From Trichoplax adhaerens (lineage: Eukaryota; Animalia; Placozoa), in the NCBI RefSeq assembly GCF_000150275.1, contig NW_002060953.1, positions 1,399,693-1,463,692 on the forward strand: 64,000 nt of DNA, written 5' to 3'. Positions within the stretch are counted from its first letter, which is position 1, and every line of letters starts with the position of its first letter. The notes under the pieces are model-generated. The model did not search any database. It saw only the letters and a list, made by a program, of their open reading frames with translations, and was not told the origin of the DNA. Shown one piece after another: positions 1 through 15,628 of this stretch. The position numbers and the translations under genes are program-made.

Positions 1-2885
1 CATTTTTTAAAAACCAATAGGAAAATATCACTAGCCCAAAAATTATTTATCCTCGCCTTATGGTATAGCTTAAGGCTGTCATAAATTTTCTGAAAGAGTT
101 AGCTAGCAAGAATTAATATTGAAATGTGCAGCAGCATAGCGTAAAACGTTAAACTCCAGTAATACTGAATATTATCGGTATAAAAAGATAATTTGCTAAT
201 ATGCGCACGAATTGATCATGAATTAAGTAATCAATGTAACTGCACAAAATTATAAACTATAAGTGCGACACAAATTAAAAGAAATAAGCCTAACAATAAT
301 TTGAAAGCTCCGAAACGTTCTACATAGCAATTAAGTAATGTTGTAGTGATGATCATTTTCTCGGTCGTAGCTGTGGTACGTAAGTAATTTGTGAATACAT
401 ATTTAATTAAGCACTGTTACAAATATTTAATGTACGATTGTCCTCAACTAGAGCACCAGAAAACAAAATAGTTCGGATGATACTGTCGAAATCATGGTGT
501 TTTAATTCCTTAATTTAAATAAAGTCTATGAAAATGACTTTTTTAATTATAAGCATTCTTTATTGAAATTCGAAAGATTGCTGTAGCTTATAAAACTTTA
601 TAATTCTTTGATTTAAAAAAAATTTATAAAATTTTTAATTTATGTGCTAAATTTAAGTTTACTCAAATTACTCGAAATTGCGGGTATAAAATTGCTGTTG
701 TGGATATTGCTCAGTTTCTTTTAAGCGTAAATTAAGAACATATCGAGACTTTAGATTAAAGTCGTGAGATGTAGGAATAAAATATGTTAGTTAGCTAATA
801 TAGAAATAGACGCTCTAACAACTCTTGTAAGATTGACTTTTGCTACAGCTACATAATGTTATTCGAGTAATAATTCGTAGAAGACCGTTTGGGTGTTTTA
901 CATTGAATTCTAGTATTTTCTATAATTACATGATACGAGTACTACCATTTATTCTATTTTCATTAAATCACTATATCGGAAAAGGAATCCATTCCGGCTA
1001 TTATCAGAATTCATAAAGCATTCCCGCTTAGTCTAACAAAATTGTAAATCATTTAATATTGGATATTTTTTCTATCAAAGACCACATGTTCTTCAATTAT
1101 GACAGCAGTAATCAAGATTAACTGTATTTAGTATATTTAACTTTGAGGCCAAGAATTTTATCATGATTAATACAATATTGATATTTGATATTGTAATATT
1201 ACCCTGTGTTAGATCATTAGTTGAATAAGTGATCAAAAGGCCTAATCTATTTTAAACTAATAGACCAATTAAAGAAATACATTGATGTAGAATAGACATC
1301 CGATCGATTATTGTTTATGGATCTAGAGAACAAACATATCGACAAAAACAATAATATCAAAAAATTTAAACTATTGTCACGATAAGAGGAATACTAATAA
1401 TAACAAGTATTCTTATCTCTATAAACTTTCTTTATAATGATTTTAGAAGGTTATTGCTCAGGATTACGAAGGAAGTTTAGTTGTTTCATTTAGTTTCGGA
1501 TAGTTGTCTTGAATAAATCAATATTACTGTGCAAGCTAATATGGTGCTGACTTCGTCGACGATGTTATTATCATCTACTTTAATTTATATTTCATCCAGA
1601 GAACGGAACTTAGCCTCTTTTATCTGTTATGCCTATAGCTATTGTCATTGAAATACTAGAATAAAAGACCTGAAAAGATAGAAATAAGACAGACAGGATA
1701 CTTTCTTTGCAATTCACAGCTATTGTCAACTGTTTTTGTATTCATGACAATCACAGAGTTCAATCTTGGCCTAGATTGATAGCTTAACTAAATAAGAAGT
1801 CCGAAAATAGTTGATTTGCCCATCCACAAGGTATGCTATTATTATCAGGCTTTATAATTATTATTCATATTTGTTATTATCGGCTTAGATTAAGCCCTAT
1901 GTACAACGTAGCTTTAAAGTGGTAAGTTTAAGATAGAAAACAATGACAAACCAGTATTAAACTGGCAAGTTATTGACATTAGCAACGGTAAGCAATGAAT
2001 AAAATAATAGTTCTGCTATTTGGGCTATTAAACTTGCATACTGTTAAGGGCGGAGAAAACGTTACTCTGATCATAATGAACAAGCCAGTACTAGAGAGAG
2101 TGATTACAATAATAATAGAAAGAAAAGATCTAAGTCCACAAGACAAGAGTCGCCATTATTTCTTATTTATTTATTAGCTGAATCTTAATTTACTTTTTAT
2201 CTACCAGTTAGCTAACAATTTAAGGTAACATTTTATTCTAATCGTGGCAAAGGTGCGGTTGCGATGCTTGTAATAGTATTTCAAAGTTGAAAAATATTAA
2301 AAATATCTTCGGAATAAATCTGCCATCATTTCATCAATTCCACTTTCTCGATATAGCTGATTATTTTAACGAAATTGCGATATTGATTGATAGAAAAGTC
2401 GTAGAGGGAAAACTTATACGAGAGGAAAACAACGACTTGGGTAATTGAAGGATTTTCACCTATTTTACGCATCTTTTGTCGATGTTGATTGGATAAATTG
2501 GTGTTGTTGAAAGAATTTATTTTAAGGTGTTACATCAATATTTTATCCTAAAAATGATTGATTATTATTGTAACTATCAACCTTTCCATAAAATTTGAAA
2601 TTTTCTGTCACATTTTAGCTTACGTTATTAATATCTTCAGTTGTCTTACAATCTCAAGACACTCATCAAATTGGTTTAATAAACATTTTTTTAATAGAAG
2701 CACTACTTAAGAAGATTATCTACCTTTTTTTCACAGATTGTCATTACGTTCATAAAAAGTACTGCATTTAATCTACGTTCTTAATAGTTATACTGTATCT
2801 AAATATCGATTTCAAATTTTTAATTAAAATACAATTCTAAGACTTTTATACTTGACCAATTTCATACGATTGGTAGGTAAAAACG

Positions 2886-3899
2886 ATGAATACTAGCCAT
2901 ATTAACCAAACTCTTCCACCTCCGCTACCAACTTTCCCTGGTGTTCGATTAGACCCACGTGCAATCGATATTTCAGCAACGGTCTTAATTAGCCTTAGTA
3001 TCTTTACTAACGGCATAGCCATCTTAGTTATCGCCATGAATCGTAAAATATGGAACATTACCCATGGCATTTTAGCTAGTATGTTTACCGCTAGTTTACT
3101 TTATGAAACCCTTTACGCTCTACCATTTAATCACTTCTTAAGCGAATTAGCCTTTTCAGCGCCTTTATTCTGCTCATTAATACGTGGCATTGGTCTAACT
3201 CTAATGTTTATTACAACTCTTCATCACTGCCTTATTTGCCTTAATCGCTATTTAAATTTAGCCTATCCATTTACTTATCGTCAACGAGCATCTTATCGCT
3301 ATGCTTTACCAGCAATTATCATGGTTTGGATTATTGGCATTATCACTGGTTCGATTCCTTATTACTCATTTCGTATACCTGTACCTACAAATCGATGCAT
3401 TGTATCCATCGATAACGAAGCCGAGCGAATCTATGTTAATACAGCTACAAGTATACTATATTTTTTACCCTTGGTAATTATGATTATATCTTATGGCCAT
3501 CTATTTTACGTCATTAACAACAAGCCAAAAGTTCTTTCCCTAATGCGATCCAATAAAGTATCACAAAGTTTTTTGGAAGTCAATAAAAAATTAATTCAAC
3601 AAACATTCGGAATTTTAGGAGTTTACATAATCTTATGGATGCCTTATCAGACTGTTTTTTTATTGCTTAGCAATTACAATGTTAGTTTTCCGCTCTATAA
3701 CGCTTTCCGTATGTTACGATTGTTCGCCTTGTTTTACTTGGTTATTAATCCATTACTCTTTATCTATCATATAAGCACATTAAGAAAGGAAACGATGAGA
3801 ACATTTACCAAGAGAATTCCTAGTAAACGAACTAATAGTCATAATAGAGTGCTGACAACAGAATTCATACCTACCATAACTTATGAATCCAATGTTTGA
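2886..3899 (+). CDS. Class A (rhodopsin-like) GPCR, intronless CDS, array member 1 (337 aa)
   Basis: Seven hydrophobic segments. TM1 Asn (FTNGI), TM3 Cys (LFCS) and CLNRY (DRY variant), YPFTY in ICL2, TM4 Trp, ECL2 Cys, TM5 FLPLVIMIISY, TM6 LWMPY, TM7 INPLLF, helix 8 LRKE. Confidence 0.95.
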   Translation: MNTSHINQTLPPPLPTFPGVRLDPRAIDISATVLISLSIFTNGIAILVIAMNRKIWNITHGILASMFTASLLYETLYALPFNHFLSELAFSAPLFCSLIRGIGLTLMFITTLHHCLICLNRYLNLAYPFTYRQRASYRYALPAIIMVWIIGIITGSIPYYSFRIPVPTNRCIVSIDNEAERIYVNTATSILYFLPLVIMIISYGHLFYVINNKPKVLSLMRSNKVSQSFLEVNKKLIQQTFGILGVYIILWMPYQTVFLLLSNYNVSFPLYNAFRMLRLFALFYLVINPLLFIYHISTLRKETMRTFTKRIPSKRTNSHNRVLTTEFIPTITYESNV

Positions 3900-6800
3900 A
3901 GTTTGCTAAAATAATCATCATTCTAAAACGGAATTCTTTTATTGCTGAATGCCAGCCTAACATTTTTAAAACTTATCGTAATCAAACGAAGAATAAAGCG
4001 CATTTTTTCGAAATTAAAGTTGATCTTAAAAGACTTTCAAAACTACCGATAATAGACAATTTCTACTATAATCTTGTAAAAGATTTATAATAGTGACATG
4101 GAGATTATTGCAGATTATTCGGATTATCTTTATCACTATGTCTAGTCTTATACTTCTAGCTATCATAATCAATCATGACAAAGACGAGATCATTACCATT
4201 AAATAATGATCAACCATAGCGAAGATCGGATCAATATCTGAACGTATTGTTATAAATCTTAAAATAATTTCGCCCAATTTATTGCTTCTTTCATAAATAT
4301 ATACCGATGGTAAGCTTACTGTAACCATATTCACGATAATAAGCCTTTGAAAATGAAAGAAATCATTTTTTATTATATTATGATCTGGAATTACTTCAGC
4401 TACCATACTAGAAATTCAATAGTATTAAAAAATAAAATTCAAAGTTAGTTTATTACCAGTAATGTTAAAGGAAATGGTTTATCAAATATTTGAACGATAA
4501 TTAAATAGGTGGAAAAAGTAAAGTTATTGTTATTTGATGATTTTACTATGCCTTGGAAAATATCTCTTCCTCTATGCTCTTCAAAGGATGCAAACAAATA
4601 GCGTAATTTATTTACGTCGAAATTATCAAAAACAATCAACAGCTTTCTATTCTCAATATCACAGAGACATATTCTTGACTAATTTAATATCTTATTTTAA
4701 ATCGTTTATCTTACTTTGTTAATCGATTTTTAACTCAAAAGAAAATCGATGATGTTCATATTTAAGTTTGGAAAAGATTTCATAAAACGAATATCGTAAA
4801 TTAGCTTATCGGTACAAACAAAGCCTTGTATAATCTTGAATATCATTTAGATTGGCGATTGCGATCAGGTTTTGTTATTGTAACTAAATCTTTGCAGTAA
4901 TCACGGAGTTTATCTTTTATCCTTTTCTGGCACCAAATTAGCGATTTCATTAGCTTCAATCCATCAGCTATGCGACTACAATTGTAGTTTTCTGTATTAG
5001 TAAACGTATAAATGTTATATTAACTAGCGCTAACGATTTTTAACAAAAAGTAGCTCTAACGGTGTATAGTGCATTAAAATAATTTCAATAAATGGTAAGT
5101 ATGATGTTATTAAGCAAGATTTTGATATTATTCATTTAAAATATACTGTATGCTAATTTTGTTTCTATTTAAGCTGTCCTAGTTACTCTCTATATCTCAT
5201 CTAATTTACTTTTGGCTATAATTTTTCCATCATCGAGTATATGACATTTATCAGTTTTTCCATTCCAATAATGCAATAAATATGAAATAATGAATCTTTC
5301 AATATGATCTTATAATATTCCAGTATTATATAGCTAAATACGCTAGATATGAAGATATAATTTCATATCTCAATGCCAGGCAGCTTATTTTTATTTAATG
5401 CTGATATTTCAACTACCACATTTTACATGCAAAATATAGTGTTTATTGACCTCTTTACTAAGAAGAAAAAACACAGTCATCCTTTATAATTCTTTCATAC
5501 GAAAATAATAAAGACTGATACAAAACATAAAGGACAATTTCTCATGCTATTTAAAAGTAAGAGTGATTACTGATATTTAAATTTGCGTAAGAAAATTTGT
5601 ATGCATAAAATGTCAATTCAAAATTTTCCTATTTATTGTGCATATCAAGTTAATAGTTCCTGGAAACAGTATTTACAAGTTATGTACTTTATTCGTAACA
5701 GTCTATAATGCAAAATGACCGTCAGTAATAATTTAAGCCTACTAAGAAGACTGTTGTCAACAAGAATAAAATCTGCTTTAATACTGGCAACTGAGCACCG
5801 TAGAAATGTAATTATGATAAGAATTAGTATTTCCTGAAAATGAAATTCATTAATCCTGTTTATTGAAAAAGAGTATAAATTTCAAGCCTATTTTAACTCT
5901 TTATATAGGTTTTAAATTCCAAAGCACATTAATATTTCTTGGTTCTTGTATATTAAACTTCGACGTAATACCAGTAAAAGTGGGATTACATATCGATTTA
6001 ACATAGACTAAATTCATGCAAGCCAGCCCAAATTTACACCATATACCATGAATATTTAACATTTTTCAGTGTTATCTGATATACCCGTACATCACCTAAT
6101 TATTAGCTAACGTACGTTCAAACTAATTTACTATAGCTTATTTTCAAATGGCGCTAAGGCGCTTGTGACGGTATTATATGCTGTATTAGGGTAGAAATAT
6201 CTATGTTAGGATAATCCTGTTAGCCTATCCTTATTTAGTTAACTTCTAATTTGGATATACTGTGTTTTAATATAGCACTAACTTTTTATGATAGTGACAT
6301 ATATAAACATACTGAAATTAATAGTTATAATAGGTGTGATAGAGGGTTCGAAGAGTAGGATAATGTGATTGTCATGCAGAGAATTGCACAAGGAGCTTAA
6401 GAAAAGAGGATATTTTATTGTAGATAGTAGTTAGGTACAATGTGATAATTACGGTAGATCAGCGTGGTAGCTGCCGTGAGTAAAGTGTGAATATTAGCTG
6501 TGACTAATAATGCAACTTAAGAAATCTAAGATAGAAAACGGCGGTATTTATAGCTATTACATTAGAACACATGCAGAGAACATGATTTTAGAATTAGATA
6601 CAACATATACCATAACAGGTTATAGAATAGCAGATAATTGTAGAAAATAGCGAGGACCGTAATAACTAAATGTAGTCAGCCATATTTGAATGTAGCGCAA
6701 ACAGACTGTAGATATGTCTAAATATAAGATCAATATAACATGCCTATATTTAAGAGTAGAATATAGTTTCAATATATTCTAAATACACTACAGTAGGGAA

Positions 6801-9800
6801 TGCAAATCATTTACTTGCTGCTCGAATCTTTGCGATTTTAACTTACTTATGGTAGATTGTAAATTATCGTGGAAATGTTCCATGATAGGATATATCGTAA
6901 TCTGACTATTCTGCATTAGTCATCAAATGTCTGTGTTTGTCAATACTGTTGTCTGCATTAAGGGAGCAGTAGCTATAATTAATATCTAATTCAGTAACTG
7001 ATTCCAAAGTTAATCGTACTAATTATGACTCATGAACTATTGAGGAAGAGTATATAAACGCAGTATATCGTGTAATAAGTGGATTCTTAAACTTAGTGAT
7101 TAACGTAAAATACGTGGCGTCTAAGGCTTTGTGTTGTCTACTAGTAGAGCAAAAGTGTTTGTGATAGTGCAGATATCGTTCCTTGATACGTGGTGCAAGA
7201 AATTGACTTATTGATCGTATATTACGTTATCTTGTTGCAAAGCTGTTTTGTGACAGCGCTATGTTCCTTTACGAAACTTGGCTCTGTAAACATTAATAAA
7301 AGTTTTGTTTTTCTTCTGTTAATCGTTAATCAAACTCATTCACGATAAGTTATTTCTTTTGATAGTATAGTCTATGAATTAATGTAAACTAATTCTGTCT
7401 AATGATTCATCACTTCCATTAACAATTTCCATACCAAAGTTTAATCAAATTCATATAACCACCAAAATGCAAATTTAGTTCAATTGATGAGTCATTTAGC
7501 AAAATAAAAAGCAAAAGAGTCAGACTGGAATAATCAATCGTATTTATTACGAAATTATCTCTTAAAACTAGAAGCACTTTTTGCATCGTTAATGCTAATT
7601 CATTTTAAATATTTTGAAATATTTTAAGCCAGAGATATGATAACTTTATTTAACGTTTATTGATCTAGAAGAGTTTTTTAGAAAGCAAGTGAGAGCAAAT
7701 CTACAGAATGAGTCATAACTAAATAGCACGTCATTACGCTCAATATCAAATGATCATCAATAGCATCAATGTCAACTGTCTTAGGGCAATAGATATAACA
7801 AGTGATCGACTACACATGTCCTTTATTTAGTATTCTAAAAAATTTCTATCTTGTTTGAAGGATCTATACCTTATTAAAGCCTGATTATTCCAAGCCCTAC
7901 ATGAACAACTATTGTTACTTCTATAAAAATTCTGTAAATGTATGAAATCCTAGCTAATAGACATATATCAAGTTTTACTGTGAAAAAGCGTTTTTATTTC
8001 CCAAAAGGAATTAGAAAGAGATCTCGATAATGTTAACGTAACATTAGCCCTGTACAATCTCATCAAATAGGCTAAATCAGTAGAGAATATTGCTGTCTTC
8101 ATCCATAAATAGATTACTAGTTAGCCAATACTGTTACTGAAGCATTGGCATTACAAGGCCATTATTGTCCACAATTCTTTACCTATAATTGCTGCTAAAT
8201 AGAACGTTGTTATAGAAAAACTTTCTAAATAATTATAATAAATGTTTTCTATTATAAATTTCATTTCATTTGCATAGTCAAGCGCTATTCATCCACTGCT
8301 TAAGTTGCCATAATAGCTATTGTACTTATTATAATTTTATTGATATATTTATTAAGATAGTATAGTAATAAACGATAATATGGCGTCATCTAAATGACGA
8401 GAAAAACCATTTAAGAAAAATAAACATACAAGATTCATTCTTACATAAATTAATTATCTAGAAAAGATTGGCGCCATCCTTTCTATCTTTCAATGGCAGC
8501 AAAGGTCATAAAGAGCTAAAAGAAAAATTAAAATTCTACTTTATCTAGTTTCCATTTGACCTAATGTTAATTAATACGGAAACGAGACCGTTATAAAATG
8601 AGGCCGTAACGAGATTTGAAGGACCATCTAAGTAGTTACTGGTAATATTATTATTATTGTTGTCTGAAACAAGCTTCATTCAGTAATGTTTCTAGCAATT
8701 TCTTCGCTTTATTTCCATCACTCTCTATTCTATCTACTAAATTTGACGATTATAAATACAGTAAATTGGAATGAGTAATGAAAAAGTTTAGTATCACGAA
8801 AGTAATCTTCCGGCCGTGTACATTATTGTTAAGTTCTATACATGTTTATATGCAATTGTTAAACCATTTAAGTATTGTATCTATCACCTCCAAGGAGGTT
8901 AAATAGAAATTACAAATCTAAGTTTATATGAAATATCTTAGTAAGATAGTTTAATTTATGTTTGTTAAACTATTATTAAGAATTGATTAATTTAACACTA
9001 ATACCGTAAAATTAATAGGATTAGGTAGTGTTGAATCTGTGCAGATGGGTGCCAAATATTTCCTTAAGAATAAATATGGTCGTTTCAAATTTATTCGATC
9101 TTATTATACTAATAATTTTTTCGACTCTGCAATCACTATGTAATCAAGATTAACCATGAATTATTGTTTTGATAAGTATTTAAGACCCACTAATGCAGTA
9201 AATTTTAAATAATACTCGTCAATTAATATAGAGTTATGTAGGATTTTGGTCAAGTATTTAATAATTTAGTCAATCTTAATCTTAATGGCTTCTTCAGTAA
9301 ATACACTAAGGCTTCAATCAATTACGAGCATCCTATTTTAAGCCTTTTGCTTTCAGTAGTACTATTAAAGCTTCCTTAGTTTCGCCTGTATTTTGAATAG
9401 GGTTTCTTTACTAAATTATGTTTTCAACCAAAACCTACGACAATAATTCTCTATAGCTTAGGATATAATACAATTATATAACACATATTAATTAAGATAT
9501 AAGCTAACGAGTACGATAGCTTTCAAGAATATGAAAAGTGTAGTGTAGATAGTCTAATGAAATATATTGTCCATAAACCAATTAATGCGTATTATATCTA
9601 AGTTAGATTTTTAGGATTTTGTTGCCTTACGAATATTTCAGAGTCTAGAATTCGAAGTTCATTTTAAATGCATGAGGCTACATTGGAATTCCATTTGAAT
9701 GAACATCGAAACAATTTTGTTTCCAGATTTTTTATGCATACAAACAGATTACAGATCTGAACTATACCGATTGTGTAAGTAACTTTAAGCAGCAATAAAA

Positions 9801-12800
9801 ATATAATGCTTTATGAATGATAGTAAGAGAAATCTGACCTATAAACAGTAATTGTACGAAGTGGAAACTTACACCAAGATCGAAAATTACGATCCTGCAA
9901 GACTATAATAGGACGAAAATAATAAATAAGGATACATCTGAACAGCTTCTGAGCGTTGTTTCCAAAGCAAGATTTGAAAAATCTTTATCCGTATTTGTAG
10001 TATTTACTTCTAAATTCGGTATAGTTCATTTTTAGTGAAACATTAATTTCCACTAGACTGTAACATTAATTTTAATATGCTTAACTTATATTTAACAATT
10101 TACACGGTGGAAATCTCGAAGTCTCAAGCTGGATTATACCGTAGTATTGCCCTTACATAGATGTAACATATTATTATGAATCTTTCGTATCTATAAGTAA
10201 TTTCCTCCAGCTGTGCTCTTATTATTATAAAAGCTATCTTCTTTTGCCTATCTCATCAGTTAGTTCTGGTATTTACACGGTAAGCTTGCACGCTTTGCCT
10301 ATTCTACACCACTATAGTTATTCGACTAGTCATGTCATTACTTGCTCGATAATCTTTTATGATTATTCTCTTGCACTAGCTCAATAAAGACTACTCTTCC
10401 GTTAACTATTCTATTGTACTTTATTACGGATAATGCCGAACTCTCAACCGTCCAAAACATCACAGTACTTAGGTGCAGTAATCCTTAATAATGTTAAAAG
10501 AAATTTTATTTCTATGCGCGAAATCACTGTTAGCTATAGTTTTGAATATTAGAATATATAAATTTCAGTATTAGATCAACATCTAAAAACAGCAATTTCT
10601 GTGGCCTTTTTATCAAATCACCTAGTTAATCAAAACAAATTATTTTTAAATTATTGTTAATATAGTATTATCATCCATTGCAAGCAAACTATTAGATATA
10701 GAGTATCAATCCATCATTAAATTAATCGAGATACTAACTTCTTACGTGAGTATTCAAAAAATAATATTCTTGGGGTGCTATAAGCTTTCAATGTACTGTC
10801 GATCACAAATATAAATGCAAAGCAAAGAGTAATAAGAGAATACTAGCAATTTATATAAGAAGCCAACTTGGGTGGATAATTTTCTTCAGTCATATTAAAT
10901 AATACATTAATGCAATATTTTCTTATTTTCTTACAAATGATATCAATATAATAAATTTATAGCTATATACTTTACATATCTAATTCAGACTTAAATTTTT
11001 ATTTCCAATATAATACATGTAAATTAACTAGCAGTAATGGTTTAAATTTTTAATAGGGTTTCGTGAATAATAAATAATCCCTATAATAAGCTAGAATAAT
11101 TAATTATCATTCTATATTAAATGAAGTATTTATTTTTGAACAATATTTCTTTTACTGGCCCAAAAATAAATTTCTTTAAGAAAATTTTAGTAGTACTATC
11201 TCCAAATAATTAAATATTGGATATTATATGCGTGTGATAAAATCAGATCAGGAAAATTCCAAAATTGTAGAAAATTAAAACTCTGTTGGATCTAGTGCAA
11301 AGACGAGCTACACACGGCTCTACTCTTGCCGAATAAGACTACTGAAAGACTTGTAGAAAGAACGGTGAGATAATCTAATGTCTCCTGCTTTTATGCTCTA
11401 TATAGCCTTCGCGCCTACAATCGACATAGCAGCTTTCTGCTATATTTTACGCACACTCAGCTTATTATTGGTCATAAGACTTTACAGCAAAACATCATTA
11501 ATTCAATATGGAAATAATTACAGTACTTTCGGAGACATTATTCCTACCACTCAAGTACAACGAACTAAGCATATCCTAACATATAATTTTCAACTCTATT
11601 CTACCTTTAATCTTATTAGTGAGCTCATCATCTTAATGTACATAGTCATCTGCACTCTAGCATAGAGTCTATCCTTACAGTCTATAATTTTAGGCTACTA
11701 AATATTTATCATAAGATAAATATAAAAAAGACACTGTCATACATCATACTAAACATGGCTAATATTCTGCAATCACAACGCTAAGTTACTTTACAATATG
11801 AAATTTTGATATTCATATAAGTTCTAGCATTTGTCCTACAGACGATTGTAGCCAAATGCAACTGAAGTTTTAAAGTTCGATTTAATTTTAATTGAGAAAA
11901 TAGTCTCTCGTAATACCAAGGCTGCATCTTCATAAATTTTTTGGCGGTAAAAATTTATTATGAGTTTGACATAAGCGATTTAAGCTGTCAATAATAGTTA
12001 TATTTCTGCTATTAAAAGTAAAGTAGGCTAAATTAAAGCTCCGTTATATTACTGATGCATTACTTAGCATGCAATATAGTACAAGAACTTTATCAGCTAG
12101 ATTCGAATACTAATTACTCCCGTAATCACCGCTCGCCGGATTTTAAAAAGTTAAGTTTGGATTGGGGTCGGATTCACAAAAGCAAATTTTTAAATTTCAT
12201 ATTGGAATAATATCAATTGTAAATAAAACTGTATTATGGATTTCGGAATAGATAAGCTGCTGTAATTTGGTATTATCAACAGTATTTGTTGTATGCTCTA
12301 AACTAGTACCGTTGTAAATATGCACGGATATCACCTTACAGTAAAATATACGATACGATAATTATATTCGTACTTAATATGATAAGAGAACTATATGAAG
12401 TCAGGTGATCTGACTTATCTGTAAAAAAGGAGCTAGTAGCCGAAAGACTGTACATACTTATAACTGTGCATGTCATTGCAAAGGGGCTCTCTCGAAGGCT
12501 TCTGGTGTGAAGAGATACTCTTTAAGTAGCGAAGTTCTCGAGATATCGATTGTGGTGAGCATTAGTGGTATATGACCTCTTGCATTGCTAGGAGTAGTTT
12601 TAATTTGATTTGGATAGAAGTTAATAAACATAACTTGTAAAGATTACAAAAGTATTACTTCATCCCTGAATCTTTACCAGGAAACCTCGACGTCAAACCA
12701 CATTTACATATATATATACATTAAGGGCGACAATTACAACATAAGCTGAATTATCTTAGGATTTCGGAGTGTAAGAGAAGGAAATTGCAAAATACTGATT

Positions 12801-15628
12801 ACCAGTATACTTATAAATAAGTTAAATTTCATGGCGAAATACGAGTACAAAGTTCAAGATAATTTTACTTGGCAGGCTGATTCATAATCCCACCTACGTT
12901 GATATATTTTCCTACGAAGTTCAAGTAAGAATTCAAATAATTACACTATCATATTTGAACTTATTGCTCATAATTTCTAAACTAAGCAATTATGGTCCGT
13001 TAATGACATCACTCAAATTATCGTGGAGCTCGTTTCAGTCTTCACATGTAATTTTTCATATCCTATTTATTTCACAAAAACATTAAGCTAAATTTTATTT
13101 CTAAATTTCTTCCATGAATTAGCATTGAAGGAATAAAGAATATATGGAATTAAAAAATTTTCTCTACTTTAAATAGTGGCAAGATAAATCGTTCACGAAT
13201 GTTATAAAAGGATGGTGAAAGACATTCCGATTCTAACCATATATTAAGGTAAAAATATTTCAGATACGGTAGCTAATCACGGCTCTATAGTAAATCCTAA
13301 ACTAAAATCGCATTAAATAGTAAGTATTAGATTAATCAACTAGGGAATAATGAAAGAAAATTTCTTTAGTGGTCCTCAGATTAACTTCTTATAACTGCAT
13401 CGATTGATTTCGTCAGTTAAAATGACGATACACAATAAAATTGAAAATGATCTAATTGCTATAGAATTTGATCTGACTTTTAGTTCTTATAGATGCGATA
13501 CGAAATATTTAATATGATGATATAAAATAAAATTCTAAATGATCTAAATATTGGAGACAGTGGTTCGATTTTTAATTGCTAATGATGAAATATAGAATAT
13601 TTAGGCTTCAGTAAATATATTCGGTAGCAATCTATAAATTAACGTATTTTATGGTTTCTTGTTGAAAAAAGCGAAGATGAAACCTTGAAATTAAAGCTTA
13701 ACTATGCAACTAGAAGACTAAATAGAATTTCGATCATCTTGGTCTTCCAAATTCTTTATAATTCTACAAATAGTCATGGAAATTAAACTTGTAAATAGTC
13801 TAAGTATATCGCAATGCCATTATTCATGCCCAGAGCAAAGGATCTAAATAAAAAGTTAGGATAGGGCTAATTCTAGAGTAGATATCAAATATGAATAATT
13901 AATACCAGAATACAGCGGCATAAATACTATTAGGATATAGTTAATTTTCAAAGTTATACTGCTGAATACAAAATTGTGGAATAACAATCGTCTGCCAGTA
14001 ATTCACTTATTTGTACCGTGAAACTGCATATTGAAGTCATAGTTTATCGAATATAAACTACTTAGCTAATCATGAAATCCAGATGCTTAGAACAGAATAG
14101 ATACTATCCTATTTTTCCAATACATGATGTAATACTTAAATATCAATTATCGTTATGAAAGTGCCATAACAAGTGCGATAAATTTTATCAGCTGCTAATA
14201 CAACACCGTATCACGAAAGATTTAATTGTAGCATTGCCTAAGTGCATGTTCTATATACGAACTACTAGTATTATGCATTAATTCAGCTTGAATGATTTTA
14301 CTGCAAGTTTAAAAACAATTGTCATCCAGAATGTAATGTTGTTACGTATACTATAGGCTGCAGAGATACAACTTTAAACACTAAAGTTAGACTAATTTTG
14401 CACATCTTCACCATATGAATACGGTCCACTACATGTTTTTCATGAGTGATACGCAATAATTATATCTATCATTTGTTATGACACCCAAGTAGCTATATTA
14501 TTGTGCCTATGGCAACTAGCCTTCTAATCTTTCAAGAAATATTTCAATATTGAATATGATTAGAATCAATATTAGGGAATCGTTGTCATCAACATATAGC
14601 AAAATACGAGTAGTGTAGGCTGTAAACAAATTAATAAAAGAAATTTTGAAACATAACGTCCAGTAACCCATTAATCGTACTATTTATCTGCTACTAAGAG
14701 TTTGTGTGAAAGGAATAGAAAACTACCTGAAGCAAGTATGCATTGAAATTAGTTGGAGCGATTTACTTTCAGTTAATTCTAAAAAAACTAGTTGGAATAC
14801 TTGTCTTCGTGATTTAGAAATAATTGTCATTCCATAACCACTCTAGTAATATGCTATCCATTAAATAGCGGTAAACACTTTTACATATGATCTCAAAATT
14901 CAACGTCAAAGGCTACCCGAGACTACGTCTGCTATAATAATCTTTGATCATGTTTTAGAAAATCGCCCATTACAAGCTATAGAGTAGCTAACTAATTACT
15001 TCTCGCCCATTGTTAGCGTGTCAATTACTTACTTATATTTCTATAGAGCATTATTATGTCCTTTAATCATGTTCTATTTAGCAATTTGCATGATGAAACC
15101 TTTGTGAAGAAGATAAAGCCTTAGATACTATTATTGCCTTGGCCTTTGTCATTGTTGTGTAAAATGCTATTTATTTGCCGTTTACGTCAAAATCTTTCTA
15201 ACATCTTCGATTGTATTGACATACGAGACTTACACGCTATTCTAGCGTTAGCCTTGCCTTTAGTCCCATTAGATAAATTACTGGACGCGTAAATTAAGAT
15301 TTATATAGCCCGCTGCGAGCTTTACAATTGTTGTAGACCCCAAGATATCTAATTTCAAACAACTAGCAAATACACAACTATTCATAGCGATTTCTTAAAA
15401 GTAGAGAATAACATAACCTAAATACATCAAAATTCAAGAAAACAACAACATTTAACTTTGGCAACCATATTATAATTCTAGGCAAACATAAAATTACAAG
15501 ATCAAAACTACCTGTTGTACTTTAACGGCAAATAGGCTACTTCACGACTTTGTTACGCTATTCCCCTCACTACTGATCATGCTAACAATCAAAAAAGATC
15601 GTAACACAAAATAATAACTACGTGTAAA

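Noticed and set aside
1995-11665. Short ORFs at 1995, 3896, 4173, 4445, 4534 and 11378 (likewise 18505, 24051, 32524, 37012, 43215 and 59361 elsewhere)
   Set aside because: No recognisable motifs or splice-consistent chains. Their lengths are as expected by chance in AT-rich DNA.
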